From Gekko japonicus (lineage: Eukaryota): a DNA stretch of 64,000 nt. The stretch lies in contig NW_015166507.1 of NCBI RefSeq assembly GCF_001447785.1, positions 102,501 through 166,500 of the forward strand. Reading direction: 5' to 3'. Of the stretch, positions 11,801 through 23,332 are shown piece after piece (position 1 is the first letter of the stretch; each line of letters starts with the position of its first letter). Under the pieces are notes generated by a model that ran no database searches, was not told the DNA's origin, and worked only from the letters and a program-made list of their open reading frames with translations. The position numbers and the translations under genes were made by a program.

Positions 11801-12718
11801 ATGAAGGTGCCCCAAGCACGTGCAGAGTGCGTAACTTATTGCTTATTTCTAGTCTGCTACCTTGAACATGGGGAAGGTGAAGCCCGAGCTACGTCTAGGA
11901 CTACTGGGTGGGAGCAAGTCAGAGGAGCCCACTCCCTGCAGAAACTCAGTCCCCCTTGGGGGGGGGGGGTCAACAGTGGGAGGGCTTCTAATGTCCTGGC
12001 CCCACTGGTGGACCTCCTGATGGCATCTGGTATTTCTGGCCACTGTGTGATACAGAGTGTTGGGCTGGATGGGCCTTATGTTCTCTTATGTTCTTTTCTG
12101 ACACCTGCTGCCTTGGCGGAAGCTCTCCAGAGTCCCAGTGCCAAAGGGAACAAGGGACAACCTCGCAGAGAGGAGAAGGTTATGAGGGCTGAGAAGCGGC
12201 ACATGGCGGCTCCTCCTCCTGGGCCCAGAAAAACAAGCCTGGAATGTCTGCTCCTGCCAGCCAGGGCCAGGGCATCGGGCAAGCGCCTGCAAAGAGGAGC
12301 GGCCCCTCAGCAGCCTGACCAAGTAGGTCAAGGGGCTGTGATTACAGCCAGACCCATCCCGACAAAAGCCTCCCTTGGCAAAGCTGGATTTCCTCTGCAT
12401 GATGGATGGGAGAGGCTCCCAGCCACAGATCTATCCACAACATCCCTTCAAGCACGACCCTGCCCCCCCCCCCAGTCCGGAGCCCCACGAGGCCGTACCC
12501 AACAAAACAGAGGAGATGGTGAGCAGAACGAAAAGGTGTCTCTGGAAGAAGATCTTGACGCTCTCCCTGGTGACGGCGTACATCTGCTTTCGGGCTCGGG
12601 CAGCTCGCTTTTCCCAGGCATGGCGGAAGCGCTGTCCCCGTCCCCCCGTCCCAAGGCGCTTGGAGGACTCCTCGTTCAAGAAGAGGCTGTTGACGTGGCT
12701 TTGTCGTTCGCCCATCAT
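2443..12718 (-). CDS. SLC1A6: Excitatory amino acid transporter 4-like (SLC1 family), 5' part; coding exons 12499-12718, 9500-9637, 4290-4494, 3699-3741, 2443-2810; continues off the left edge
   Basis: Spliced translation reads [17 protein letters not shown]...[76 protein letters not shown]...[27 protein letters not shown]...[23 protein letters not shown]...RMVAVIIW. All introns are GT-AG and phases agree. The N-terminal [10 protein letters not shown] resembles EAAT4 SHGNSLFLRE as recalled, which favours SLC1A6 over SLC1A3 or SLC1A8. Confidence 0.88.
2935..3123 (+). mobile_element. CR1 LINE 3' end fragment
   Basis: ctgcattgagcagggggctggactagatggcc motif shared with the CR1 3' end at 24850-24890. 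Confidence 0.6.
3699..3741 (-). CDS. SLC1A6: SLC1A6 coding exon 4 (43 nt)
   Basis: [14 protein letters not shown]; ctttag acceptor, GTGAGG donor. Confidence 0.93.
4067..4250 (+). mobile_element. Squam2-like tRNA-derived SINE
   Basis: tggctcagtggcagag...ggtcccaggtttcatccctgg tRNA-like head. Confidence 0.6.
4290..4494 (-). CDS. SLC1A6: SLC1A6 coding exon 3 (205 nt)
   Basis: [43 protein letters not shown]...DAFMDLI(R); cctcag acceptor, GTGAGT donor. Confidence 0.93.
5291..5843 (+). mobile_element. Two Squam3-like SINEs head-to-tail (5291-5548, 5549-5843)
   Basis: Both start cagtttggtgt(a/c)gtggttaag and are highly similar. Confidence 0.85.
5988..6175 (+). mobile_element. hAT MITE family A copy (contains an N gap)
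   Basis: aagctgagttagtgtgagctagct...gagggagcattg. Confidence 0.75.
6377..6942 (+). mobile_element. 5'-truncated non-LTR retrotransposon (RTE-X-like), C-terminal CCHC region
   Basis: [42 protein letters not shown]; AATAAA plus TTCTG tail; 11-bp TSD TTACTGCCTCT (6366-6376 and 6943-6953). Confidence 0.75.
7808..8480. mobile_element. PIF/Harbinger-like MITE
   Basis: TIRs GGGTGCGTTCAGACGGGG and CCCCGTCTGAACGCACCC; 3-bp TSD ACT. Confidence 0.8.
8481..9362 (-). mobile_element. Degraded CR1 LINE (also 7505-7807), interrupted by the Harbinger MITE and a Squam3 SINE at 8670-8932
   Basis: Similar to the CR1 at 57057-58140 (ccccactgctcacttccctccact; tcatctgca). Confidence 0.6.
9500..9637 (-). CDS. SLC1A6: SLC1A6 coding exon 2 (138 nt)
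   Basis: (G)[45 protein letters not shown](G); ctgcag acceptor, GTCAGC donor. Confidence 0.93.
12499..12718 (-). CDS. SLC1A6: SLC1A6 first coding exon (exon begins at about 12759 after a pyrimidine-rich AG acceptor)
   Basis: ATG ATG at 12718/12715; encodes [14 protein letters not shown]...VLLG; donor GTACGG at 12498. Confidence 0.88.
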
Positions 12719-12970
12719 CGGGCTCAGCGCCTCGGCCAGGAGGCTGGGCTCCCGAGAAGCTACACAGGAAGAAGCGGAAGAAAGGGCAAGGAGGTCAGAG
12801 GGATGGCGACCTTGACCCTGGCCCCAGCCAGTGGAATTACGGAGGCTGATTACGGAGCCGATCCAGGACACCGCGTGACCCAGAGCACAAGGAAGGTGTT
12901 GTGCTTGGAGGAGCCCTGGGTGCCAGACCTAAAGCCAGCTAAGCGGCAACTCTCCCGGGTGGCCCCAGGG

Positions 12971-13765
12971 CAGGGGTGGCCAAACTTCCTTAACGCAAGA
13001 GCCACATAGAACAAACGTCAGATATCTGAGAGCCTCAAGACATGAGCAAATATAACCCACACATCTTTATTAGGAAATATGCAGATTTGCTTTTTTATTA
13101 ACATTAAAGGAGACTGCCAAGAATAAAAATGCAAAAGGGGTAAAAGCAGATGTTGATAATGATATTTCTTCATTTGCTAATTATATTTATTTGTCTAAGA
13201 GAGAAAGAGAGAGAGAGAGGTGGAAAGAAAGAATGAAAGAGGTGGAAAGAAAGAGAGAAATAAAGAAAGCAAATAGATGAGAGAGGAAGAAAGGGAGAAA
13301 AAGAGAAAAAGAGAAAGGTGGAAAGAAAGCAAATAGATGAGAGAGGAAAGAGGAAGGAAGGGAGAAAAAGAGAAAAAGAGAAAGGTGGAAAGAAAGCAAA
13401 TAGATGAGAGAGGAAAGAGGGAAAGGTGGAATGAAAGCAATGTTAACTTTTAATGTGTTCTCCAGTCCCACGCCGCCACATCAGCTGGCATGGCTTGGAG
13501 AATGAATTTAAAGAGACAAATGCCTTTTCCAAGCCAGCTGGTGGGGGGGGGGGCTTTGAGAATGCATGTAAAGTTAAAGTTGCTTCCTTTCTCTGCTCCC
13601 CCCCCCACCTCAAGCCTACCCAGGGAGGGGAACACTGGCTGGGGAAGGGAAGACCGGTCAGGGAGACATGCCTCCCCTTTGCTTCCCCAGCTGCCCTGCC
13701 GGGAGCCGCACAATATGTGTGAAAGAGCCGCATGTGGCTCCCGAGCCACAGTTTGGCCACCCTTG
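12971..13765. mobile_element. hAT (Charlie-like) non-autonomous transposon carrying an internal purine-rich tandem repeat
   Basis: TIRs CAGGGGTGGCCAAAC and GTTTGGCCACCCTTG; perfect 8-bp TSD CCCCAGGG. Confidence 0.85.
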
Positions 13766-13859
13766 CCCCAGGGCAAGAAAGGGAACTAAATCACAACAGG
13801 AATGTGCCATTTCTTCCCCAGGGGGGGCAGCCGAACGCACCTAGGAACCAAACCCTCAA

Positions 13860-14030
13860 GGTCTCCTTGTGTGTGCATGTCAAGTGCCGTCCACTCACAG
13901 CCAACTTATGGTGACTCCTCATGGGATTTGCAAGGCAGGAGACAAACAAGAGGTGGTCTGCCCTGGCCTGCCTCTGTGCAGCAGCCCTGGACTGCCTTGG
14001 GGGTCTCCCATCTCTGACGAGACTGGACTC
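13860..14030 (-). mobile_element. Degraded 5S-derived SINE
   Basis: gaggtgg...gcctgcctct...ggtctcccatc, similar to 47855-48024. Confidence 0.5.
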
Positions 14031-14573
14031 ATAAGGTCCCCTTGCCCAACTTCAGAGCAGGAACATAGTCTCCTCTGACTGGCAGAAGCAAGTTTTATCT
14101 AAGGTCTGAGATTCTATTAACTGGTGATACTGAGGGCTGAGCAGGGACCACTCTGGGAAGAATACTAGCCCACTGACTTGGGGTCCTTTGGAGGGTGCTA
14201 GCATCGTGCCAAGTCCCCAGACAGGCTGATACAATTCCCCTCCCCACCAAAACCTGAGAAGATAGCCGTCAACACCCAGGAACTTTTAATGAAATCTTTG
14301 GAGCACCAGGGACAGAGCAGCGGCCACTGGCAGCACATCAGGACTCAACTGTTTGCCCCACCATGAACCCTTTTTCAGCAGAAATCTCTACGAGGCTGCT
14401 CCAACCCCTGAGGAAAGGGCACCCCTTGTGCTGTCTGCCAGGCAAGAAATCGTGTGGTCTCTACACCAGCCTGGCAGTTACAGAATCCCAAACTGATCAG
14501 ACCAGCAAGTCCACTAAACACAGCTCCATCTGCACGGTTCAACAAGCTCAGCAGGGCAGCCCTGGTAGTCTCT

Positions 14574-14928
14574 GGTAAAGGTAAAGTTCAAGGTTCCCTT
14601 GCTCGAAAGCCAGTCGAATCCGACTCTAGGGTTGCGGTGCTCATCTCCGCTTCAAAGCCGAAGAGCCAGCGCTGTCCGAAGACATTTCCGTGGTCATGTG
14701 GCCGGCATGACTAAACGCCAAGGCGCACGGAACGCTGTTCCCTTCCCACCGAAGTGATACCTATTTATCTACTTGCAATTTCTTGCTTTCGAACTGCTAG
14801 GTTGCCAGGAGCTGGAACTAGAGACGGGAGCTCACTCCGTCATGCAGCAACCCGGGTCTCGAACTGCTGAACTACTGACCTTCCACAGCCTGCAGTTCAG
14901 CGTCTTAACCACTTGAGCCTCCGCAGCT
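14574..14928 (-). mobile_element. Sauria SINE, full length
   Basis: (AAAGGT)n tail; closely matches 44991-45335 and 59017-59364. Confidence 0.85.
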
Positions 14929-16153
14929 CCTTAGTCTCTGGTACCAAAAAGTAAGAGAGACGCCCAGGGGCACCTGAAGGACTGGCAAAAGCCTCATTCA
15001 GTGTGAGCTCCAGGGACAGGGCTCAGCTCTTTGGGAGCTGTAAAGAAAGAAACTGCCACAACGAAGTGGGCACTGACTCCCAGAAGCTCACACGAAAATA
15101 GGCGTTTGCCAGCCTTTCAGATTCCCCTGGACTGGCCTTCCTTCTTTTTTTTTGCTGCCACAGACTGACCTGGCTGCTCCTGTCCAAAGCGTTCCAGCTC
15201 CAGCATCTTTCCCACCAGTCCAAGGAAGAGAAAATCACCACTGACTACTATGACAAGAAGGTGTTTCCCCCGCCCCTCCTCCCCAGCTGGAAGAAACAGC
15301 CGTTTCCCATTTAATTCTCGATCAGGGCAACATGCCAGGGGGAAGACTGCCTCAGGAGGTTGGGGGGGGGGAACATCCTGGCATGTCCTCCTGCCACCCA
15401 GCTGGGGCTGCCATCAGCACCTTTTCCTCCTAAAGCAAAGGAAGGGTTGTTTGGTTCTGCCCCCACCCACAAGCCCCAGGGAGGGGAAGCAAAGGGGGAG
15501 GTCAGGCCGGAGCACCCGAGGACACACCCCTGCTGGCACGGGCCAAGAGCCCTACAGATGCTGCGCAGGCACGTTGGCTGCCTAGAGGAAGCAGCCACCC
15601 TCTCGCCGGAGACCCCAGCCCGGATGCCAAAGGGACCCACCTGGAGGAGCAGCCGGGTTGTGCCACCCTCTGTGATCCGGAGGGCAGGTCTCCTTCCTGC
15701 CTTCTGTGCTACACAGCAGGAGGAGATCCTACTTAAAGGTGCGGTGCAGGAGGAGGTGGGGAAGGAGGAGGAGATGCCCAGGCTGGGACTCCGGGCACCT
15801 GCCAGCATCCGAGCAAGAGTTAACCCACGCAGTGCCAGCAGCACAGCTGCGGGGAGGAGGGGAGGGCTATCCAGACATCCCTTCCCTGGCTCCCACATCG
15901 AGGAAGAATCTGCCTGCTTCTCTGGCGGCACATTTTTACCCCTCCCTTCCTGCGAGGAGACCAGGGCAGCAGTAGTGGCTCCCCCTAAACCCCCCCTCCC
16001 ATTTTATCCTTGCAGCCACCACCCTCGGAGGAAGGTTTTCTCCACAAGGCGGCCCAGGCCAAGGGCACCCACCCAGGCAGGGTCTCCCCAGTCCAGGCGC
16101 CACCCTGCCCCCACTACACGGCACTCCCCCCCTCCCTCCAGGCGTAGAGGGAC

Positions 16154-16359
16154 CAGTGTTTCCTCTAAGCTGAGTTAGTGTGAGCTAGCTCACAGTTTTT
16201 TAGCCTCTGGCTCACACATTTTTGTCTTGGCTCAGGAAAGATGGCTCCAGAGCAAACCAATTTATGCAGGAGCCAAATCGCTTGCTCACAACTTTAATGC
16301 CAGTAATTCACAATGTAGAATTTTTGCTCACAACACTCCACAGCTTAGAGGGAGCCTTG
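16154..16359 (+). mobile_element. hAT MITE family A
   Basis: CAGTGTT.CCTCTAAGCTG TIR; TSD AGAGGGAC. Confidence 0.88.
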
Positions 16360-17179
16360 AGAGGGACCCTGGTGGCAGAAGAGATGCCCGGTGCCCAAAG
16401 GGAGCCTGGTGTTGCCGTCTCCAGTGGAAACGCCTCCTGCCGCCCAGGGCCCTGGAGCGCTGAAAGACCACCACCAGGGCGAGGGGCTCCAGGGGCCAAC
16501 TAGGCCTCTGGTGGCAACAGGCCCCCACATCTCAGAAGAGCCCCGCCAGAACCGACCAACCAGTTAGCGGAGACAGACTGCCTAGGCACACTGAGGTACC
16601 AGTCGGCTGGGCTGCCTTATAGCCCCTGACGCACTCACTCCTTGTGGAGCGGCTTGATCCTCTTTGAAACCCATGGCAAACTGCAAAATGCAAACCACCA
16701 GCTCCCCAACAGGCACGTGCATGTGGTCCGCTGAGGAGCCCTGATGCACATGGGACCCAGTGTGGTGCAGAGCCGAGAGTGACGGACTAGAATCCGGACG
16801 AGCCAGGTTCAGTTCCTTCGCTCTGCCATGAAAGTGTTGCTTGAGCAGCCACAGACTCTCAGCCTAACCTACCTCACAGGGCTGTTGTGAGGAAAACAGG
16901 GAGTACAGGGGAATGATGTGAGCCGCCTTAAGGAAAAAAGGCAGGGTAGTAAGAGCCCTGAACAAATAACGAAATAAGAATGACTGCCTGGGGGCAAGAG
17001 ACCAGTGATCTTACTGAGTTGTACCACCCGCGCAAGGATCACCTCCCCACCTCCAGCCAGCCAGCCAGAAGCTAGCATCCACCCTGAGGGCTTTTCGCCA
17101 CAACTGCCCAATTGAACATGCATGTACACCAGCAGTCTATCTTCAAGGGGCCAGTGCCAGGGAAGGGGAAACATTTGAC

Positions 17180-17385
17180 CAATGCTCCCTCTAAGCTGTG
17201 GAGTCTTGTGAGCAAAAATTCTACTTTGTGAGCTACCGGCATTAAAGTTCTGAGCGAGAGATTTGGCTACTGCATAAATTAGCTTGCTCTGGAGCCCTCC
17301 TTCCTGAGCCAAGACAAAAATGTGTGAGCCGGAGGCTAAAAAACTGTGAACTAGCTCACACTAGCTCAGTTTAGGGGGAACACTG
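17180..17385 (-). mobile_element. hAT MITE family A
   Basis: TSD CATTTGAC. Confidence 0.88.
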
Positions 17386-18294
17386 CATTTGACCCTGAAG
17401 ACAGATCTCCTCTCCCTCTGGAAGACCCCCTGAGCAATTGTCACCGCCAGAAACCCTCCCTGCTCCGCCGTCCTCCTCCCTGAAGCCTCCCCCATTCCTC
17501 TTCCCAAGCTGTGCGATGCAGTGCACATGCTGAGAACCGATGCTGATGAAGACTCAGCCCCTGTGCCAAGCAGATGCCCACCTGCCAACCACCATCCCCA
17601 CTGACATAGTCACATGAGAAGAACTGGAAGGAACCGAAATGCCACGATCCACGTGTGCACGCCCACATGTGAGGCAGGGCCATCAGACGCGTGCAGAGAA
17701 AGGCAACCCCGCTCTGCAGCGGAGGCTGAGCCCAGCGTGAGGAAGGAGCTTCCCCAGAGCAAGTCCAGAATCCTCCCGTCAGCGGCTGCCCAGAAGCCCA
17801 CAAGGCGGGCGGGCAGACAACAGGACACTATTGCAGAAGCCAGGGTAGACTGCCCTGGAACATGGGGTTTCCATGTAGCCGGCACAGACTGATAGCCATT
17901 GCTCGAATTTAAAGTCATAGGAGCCAGTGGCCACTGTGGCAGTGAGTTGCATCAGCTGCTTATTTGCTGTGTGAAACACTTCCTTCCTTTTGCCCGTTCT
18001 AAGCTGCTGTAGAGCAATTCTTTTCTGGGTTGCCCTTTTCTAAGCCTACCAAACCCTCTTCACTTGCGATGTGCATGCGTAAGACCAGAACTGTAGGTAG
18101 TATTCTAACACGGGCGCCACAACGCAGCCTGTTTGACTTAAATTGCTTTGCTGACCATCCCGTGCTGAGTCAGCATTTTCATCCAGCTCTCAACTACAAC
18201 CCCAAGATATCTTTTGGCCTCCACCTGCAGGTGTGATGATTCCACGCTCCCATGTGCATCAGTTCAACCCAGTGCACACTGAACCTGTTACCAC

Positions 18295-18501
18295 CAGTGT
18301 TCCCGCTAAGCTGAGTTAGTGTGAGCCAGCTCACAGTTTTTTAGCCTCTGGCTCACACATTTTTGCCTTAGCTCAGGAAGGGCGGCTCCAGAGCAAGCTA
18401 ATTTATGCAGTAGCCAAATCGCTTGCTCGCAACTTTTAATGCCAGTAGCTCACAAAGTGGCATTTTTGCTCACACGACTCCACAGCTTAGAGGGAGCATT
18501 G
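18295..18501 (+). mobile_element. hAT MITE family A
   Basis: Same body and TIRs; no clean TSD. Confidence 0.8.
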
Positions 18502-18949
18502 ACCAGCGTCCGCTCACCCAGTTTGGAGAGATCCTTTGGGAGTTCTTCAGAAGCCACTTTGGTTCTCACCATCCTAAATAAACGTGGCCATCTTACTTCT
18601 CCACAGACTTGATCCCAGACTATCTGTGGGCCCGTTGGACAGCACCGGTCCCTAAACATGAAGGCAGTTCCAGGAGGCAGCCTGTGTTGGTCTGCAACAG
18701 GAGCACCTGACAGACCTGATCGCAGCTCTTCTTCAACCCGACCCCAGAGGGTAACAGGGCTCGACCCCTATTCTGCCCCCCCCCTCCACAGCCACATTTA
18801 AGAAGCCAGCAAATCCAGGCGGCAAAAGAATCGAGCAGAGGTGCCCCGCCCGCGAGGAGAGGGCGTGGGGCCACAGCCCTTGAGGGCGGCACACCCCTGT
18901 ACTATAGGCGCACCCCTCTGGTGCGCTCCCATCCTGTTTCAGGCGACAA

Positions 18950-21480
18950 AGGCCTTTAAACGCCCCCCCAAAAAACCCCCACCGTGAAAGGGCTGGGTCA
19001 GCCTTCGGGGCTTCCCGTCCTGTCCGTGTGCGCACAGCCACGCGGCTCCCGGCCCTCCTCGCCAAAGCTCAACCCGCCAAGCGCGGCGCTCTCGGACTGG
19101 GGGAGGAGGAGGGTCCTCTTAGTGCAGCTGCCCCCCTCCCAGGTTAGACCCGCCTGCAGCCTCCGCCTCGCCCCCCCCCCCGTGCCAAGATGACTCACGC
19201 ATCCCTGCCCGGGCGGCCCTTGCGGGTGGAAGGAGGGCCGGCAGGCCTGGAAACCAACCGATCGCGCCTGCCTGCCTGCCGTCCCCGCAGCAGCTCCGGG
19301 AGGGGGAGCGCGGTGGTGCGTGGGTCTGGGACACGCGCAATCGGCGGCCAGCGCCGCGCCTCCGGTAGGATGGCGGGAGCCGCCTCGCCACTGCCGAAGC
19401 GGTTTCCGAGGGGGGAGGAGAATCCAGCCCCGCAAGGGGAGAAGAGCCCTTTGCTCTGGAGGGGTCCTCCTGCTCCTCCCCGCCCCCCCGCAGAGCGTCT
19501 CCGCACGCTCCCCGCTGCTGCTTCTCCGAGACGCCAAGAAGAGCCCCCCCGGGGGGGGGGGCGGACCAGGCGCTCCGGAAGCCGCCCTCCGTTTACACCG
19601 CCCCCGCCTCGCCCGCCAAGGTTTGCTGCGCGGAGCTGAACCGGGCTGCGGTCTTCGGCCCTCTCCAGGGAACCCCACCGGGCACACCCGCAGGGAATCT
19701 AAGGGCAGTGCCTCCCCCCGCCCGCCATTCCCAAAGCGGGGGCATGGGGGGGGGTTTCCTACAACAGGGTGGGCCACATTTGACGGGGGGNNNNNNNNNN
19801 NNNNNNNNNNNNNNNNNNNNNNNNNNNNNNNNNNNNNNNNNNNNNNNNNNNNNNNNNNNNNNNNNNNNNNNNNNNNNNNNNNNNNNNNNNNNNNNNNNNN
19901 NNNNNNNNNNNNNNNNNNNNNNNNNNNNNNNNNNNNGGGGGGGGGGGGGGGTCCTAAAAGAGGGGGGGCCACATTTGAGGGGGGGGGGGATTACTGCCAG
20001 GTCGTCGGGCCGAAGATCGAAGCCAGTTTCACGTTCAAAGTGGGTCGCCCTGTCGGTCTGAAGCAGCGGGACGAAGTCTGAGTCCAGGGGCACCTTGAAG
20101 ACCAGCGAAGTTTAGTTCTTGGGCATAAACTGCACGCGCACGAAAGCTTCTACCCAGACGGTGCCACCGCACACACACGAGTCTCACAGTCTCCAGCTTC
20201 AGAGATGACTCCTATCTCCCCCCCCCCACCCCCCGAATGCAGAAAAGTTTTTTTTTTTTAAATTAAAGAAAATTTTGAAATGGGGCATGTGTGGGGGGGG
20301 GGGGGGATGAGATTCCCCCCTCGCTCCCTGTGCCGGAGCTGTGAGCCGTCCACCAGCTGTGACAAACTGAAAACAGAGGGCGCTTTGACGCACGCCACAT
20401 AATGCACTTTCAGCCAGCCGCCCTTTGCGACTCGGTTTTGCCATTCCACCCAGTAAAATCCAGCTGCAGAGTGCATTGAAGGGCGTGGGTCTGCCCATCA
20501 ACGGGTGTGAGCCAAAGGGAGCCTTCCCCTTCGCAGGCAGTCTGCGTGGAGAACAAACGCCGACTCTGTCCGGATCAGGCCGGGCTCTCGTGGCCTTCAG
20601 CAACGCGAAAGGACTCCCCCTTGAGCATGTGCAAAGAGCCCGCGCCCCCACCCAGCATGCGCAGCTGTCGCGAGGACGCTCCTAGGCGGGCGGGGCGAGC
20701 GTCTCTGGCCACGAGGCACATCCCGGGTCCAGCGGGCGGCAAGCACTGGGAAAGGAAGCGTCTCGGGGAACCGCCGGTGGTCGCGTCCCAGTAGGGCCAG
20801 GCTCCGAGGAGGAGGACAGGCCCGACTGCCCCTCACCCGAAGCCGTCCCCGTGGCGGCGACTGCCCGCACTTCGCTCCGGAGGAAGGAAGGGGGACGGCT
20901 CCTGGCGGGCCCGGACTCCAGAGGGGCCCCAGGCACCGCGGCGCAGGCCACCGAAGGAGACATCCGCGGCCGCTCCCCCACCATCTGGAGCGCGCGCCTC
21001 CTCGCCACGTGGAGCGGCGGCTCCGGCCTCGCCTCTCCTCCCTTCCCCGGCAGGCGCCAGGCCGGCCTGCGGAGGTTGGGCGGAGGGCGCCTCCCCTCCA
21101 CGGCCTCACCTACCTCGCCCGGCTGTTTTGTGGGGAAGGCCGCGTGGTGGCCCGCGCTGAGCTCCGCGAGCGAGAAGTCTGCGCAGAGCTCCGCCTGCCC
21201 GCGCCTAGCGCTGCCCGGCCCTGCTGCCAAGGAGAGGGGGACCGCCCGGCCGTCGCGGCCGCCCCCTCCGGGGCCCGCTCGGCTCTTACCCAACCGAGCC
21301 TCGCGACAGCCCGCTGCGCCGGGGCGGGGGAGGAGGCCGCGACCCGCGTCCACTCTGGGGAAGCGGCTGCTCCGGGAGTCCAGCCCTGCTGCCACCGGAC
21401 CTCTCCAGGGCACGGGGGACAACTTTGCCCCGCTGGTTGTCGGCGTATCATTTTCCTTGAAAAGAACTGAGGGTCTCTCC
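18950..21480. promoter_or_regulatory. CpG island(s), probable SLC1A6 promoter and non-coding first exon(s)
   Basis: Very high GC and CpG density. Minus-strand donor-like sites at 21113 (GAG|GTAGGT) and 21289 (TGG|GTAAGA). The first coding exon has an upstream acceptor, so a 5' non-coding exon is required. Confidence 0.6.
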
Positions 21481-23222
21481 TCTTGCAACGGCTCCTGACA
21501 GGGGATTTGAACTCATCACCCATTCACACCCTGGTAGGGGCACGCTACCCCCTTTACTCCTGCACCGGCTGTCAATGAAATATAGCAGTCCCGGGGGGCC
21601 AAAACCTTCTGGGCCCAAGTCCACCGGAATTCTTGGAAATGCAGCTGGTGTAACAAGGTAGAGCTGCAGCTCCCCTTCATGGTTTGTTTTCAAGTCCAGC
21701 TCCTAGAAGCTCAGACCATTGGCCACACACTGGCTGCTCCCCACACATGCCCCCTGTCCAGATTCCCTCGGAAGTAAGCCTTGCAGAGTCCCACAAGTGC
21801 ATCCTTTTCAACTAGAAGCAAACGGGAGCTGAAAGGCACCTTCAGCACTTCAAGGCTGGTCATTCCACTGAAAGCTCCCACGGCCAAGCGCCCACTTCTT
21901 CCATGGGAACTACCACACAGTAGGTATGAAAACTGCCCCCCCCACACCATGCTGAAGACTATGTCCCCAGGCAGGTGGACTGGATTTTCCCTGCCCTGCC
22001 ACAGGGCTCCCCCCCGCCCACCATGCAAGCTCAGGAAACCAGGGATGCCCCACCTGCTAAAACGATACCCCCAATTAATCAGCCTACAGGTACCTTCCTA
22101 GACAGACAAATCCCGCTACATTCCAGACACAGCTAAGGACACCCTCTCCGAAGAAAGGGCAGCAATCCAGGGAAGGAGCCGTACGCCTCCCCAAGGGCTG
22201 AATGCAGAGAGAAATAAAATGGGGTTTCTCGGCTACTTCCCTGCAGGACGCTCTTTTTTGACTCCTCTCAAAGACACAATGATTTCTAGGCTGTGTCCCG
22301 CTGGAGATTCCGACCTCCCAGCGTCAGGTGTCTTAATCGGAGACGAAGCCCAAAATAGATGCCAGCCGCCACAAGCGTGGCCCGCTTCCAGCCTGTGTCA
22401 TTAGTTGCCAGAAGCCAGAGAGGGAGAGAGAGAGAAGGGTTTCCCCCACCAGTCTGAGTTACAGTCCACCCCTCAAGCAGCCCTGTTTTGGATGTGGAGC
22501 AGAAGGCCTCCAAGGGGTGTCACGGCTCCTGTTTTGCAAGGCTGGCTGGAACAAAGGCTTCAAAAGCAAGAACTGTGTTCCGAGAACTTGGGCACGGCAG
22601 CCGTGTCTCCTGGTCACAATTTCTGCGGGACCCACAAGCACTGGGCCAGCAAGTCTTGCAAAGCAACCCTGGAACAGCACAGGATCCTTTGGCCTTCGCC
22701 AAGGCAAGCCCCCCCCCCCCCCCCCGGGGACCCCCCCACCCCCCCTCGGCCAAACGGCNNNNNNNNNNNNNNNNNNNNNNNNNNNNNNNNNNNNNNNNNN
22801 NNNNNNNNNNNNNNNNNNNNNNNNNNNNNNNNNNNNNNNNNNNNNNNNNNNNNNNNNNNNNNNNNNNNNNNNNNNNNNNNNNNNNNNNNNNNNNNNNNNN
22901 NNNNNNNNNNNNNNNNNNNNNNNNNNNNNNNNNNNNNNNNNNNNNNNNNNNNNNNNNNNNNNNGGAAAAAACAAGTGACTACACCCCCCCCCCCCCCCCC
23001 GCTCGAGCAGCTTCAGTCTGGAGGGATGAAGGACTCCAGGGTGGTGGTCTCTGTATCGGCACTGAAGCTTCCACCATCACAAAGACCGGTCTGGCTGCAC
23101 ACCAGCCCCAGGCCGTTCAGACACGGAGCAGCCAGGGTTCTCTGTGGATCTCAGCCAATGCCCAGGGCTGCGGCACACAGCATGACCTCTACTGGACAGG
23201 ACACAGGGGGAAGGCTCCAGGG

Positions 23223-23332
23223 TTACGCTCGGGGAAAGGTCACCTGCCAGCCATCCCTCTTGCCAATTTTAGTAAGTGTAGCCACGAGGCCGAGGCTGAG
23301 ACACGCCGTTGTGCCAGTGGCAAAGCTGTGAG
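23223..23332 (-). CDS. NDUFA11: NDUFA11 exon 4 coding part
   Basis: [35 protein letters not shown]; poly-T...cag acceptor, TAA stop. Confidence 0.92.

Noticed and set aside
2443-12718. Assignment as SLC1A8 or SLC1A3
   Set aside because: The N-terminal SHVNSLFL and the loop [13 protein letters not shown] resemble recalled EAAT4 more closely; a phylogeny is needed to exclude the alternatives fully
11801-13009. 402-aa plus-strand ORF
   Set aside because: Antisense to an SLC1A6 exon, runs into a transposon, and has no recognisable domain
13197-13440. CRISPR-like array
   Set aside because: Vertebrate DNA; a purine-rich minisatellite without unique spacers
15311-16178. Overlapping 206-aa and 272-aa ORFs
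   Set aside because: GC-rich intronic sequence with no homology I recognise; the plus-strand ORF ends inside a MITE
19740-19990. G-run repeat or G-quadruplex array
   Set aside because: Flanks an N gap, and the homopolymer-rich sequence looks low quality
18998-21523. Many long ORFs on both strands
   Set aside because: Expected in a CpG island; several run through N gaps
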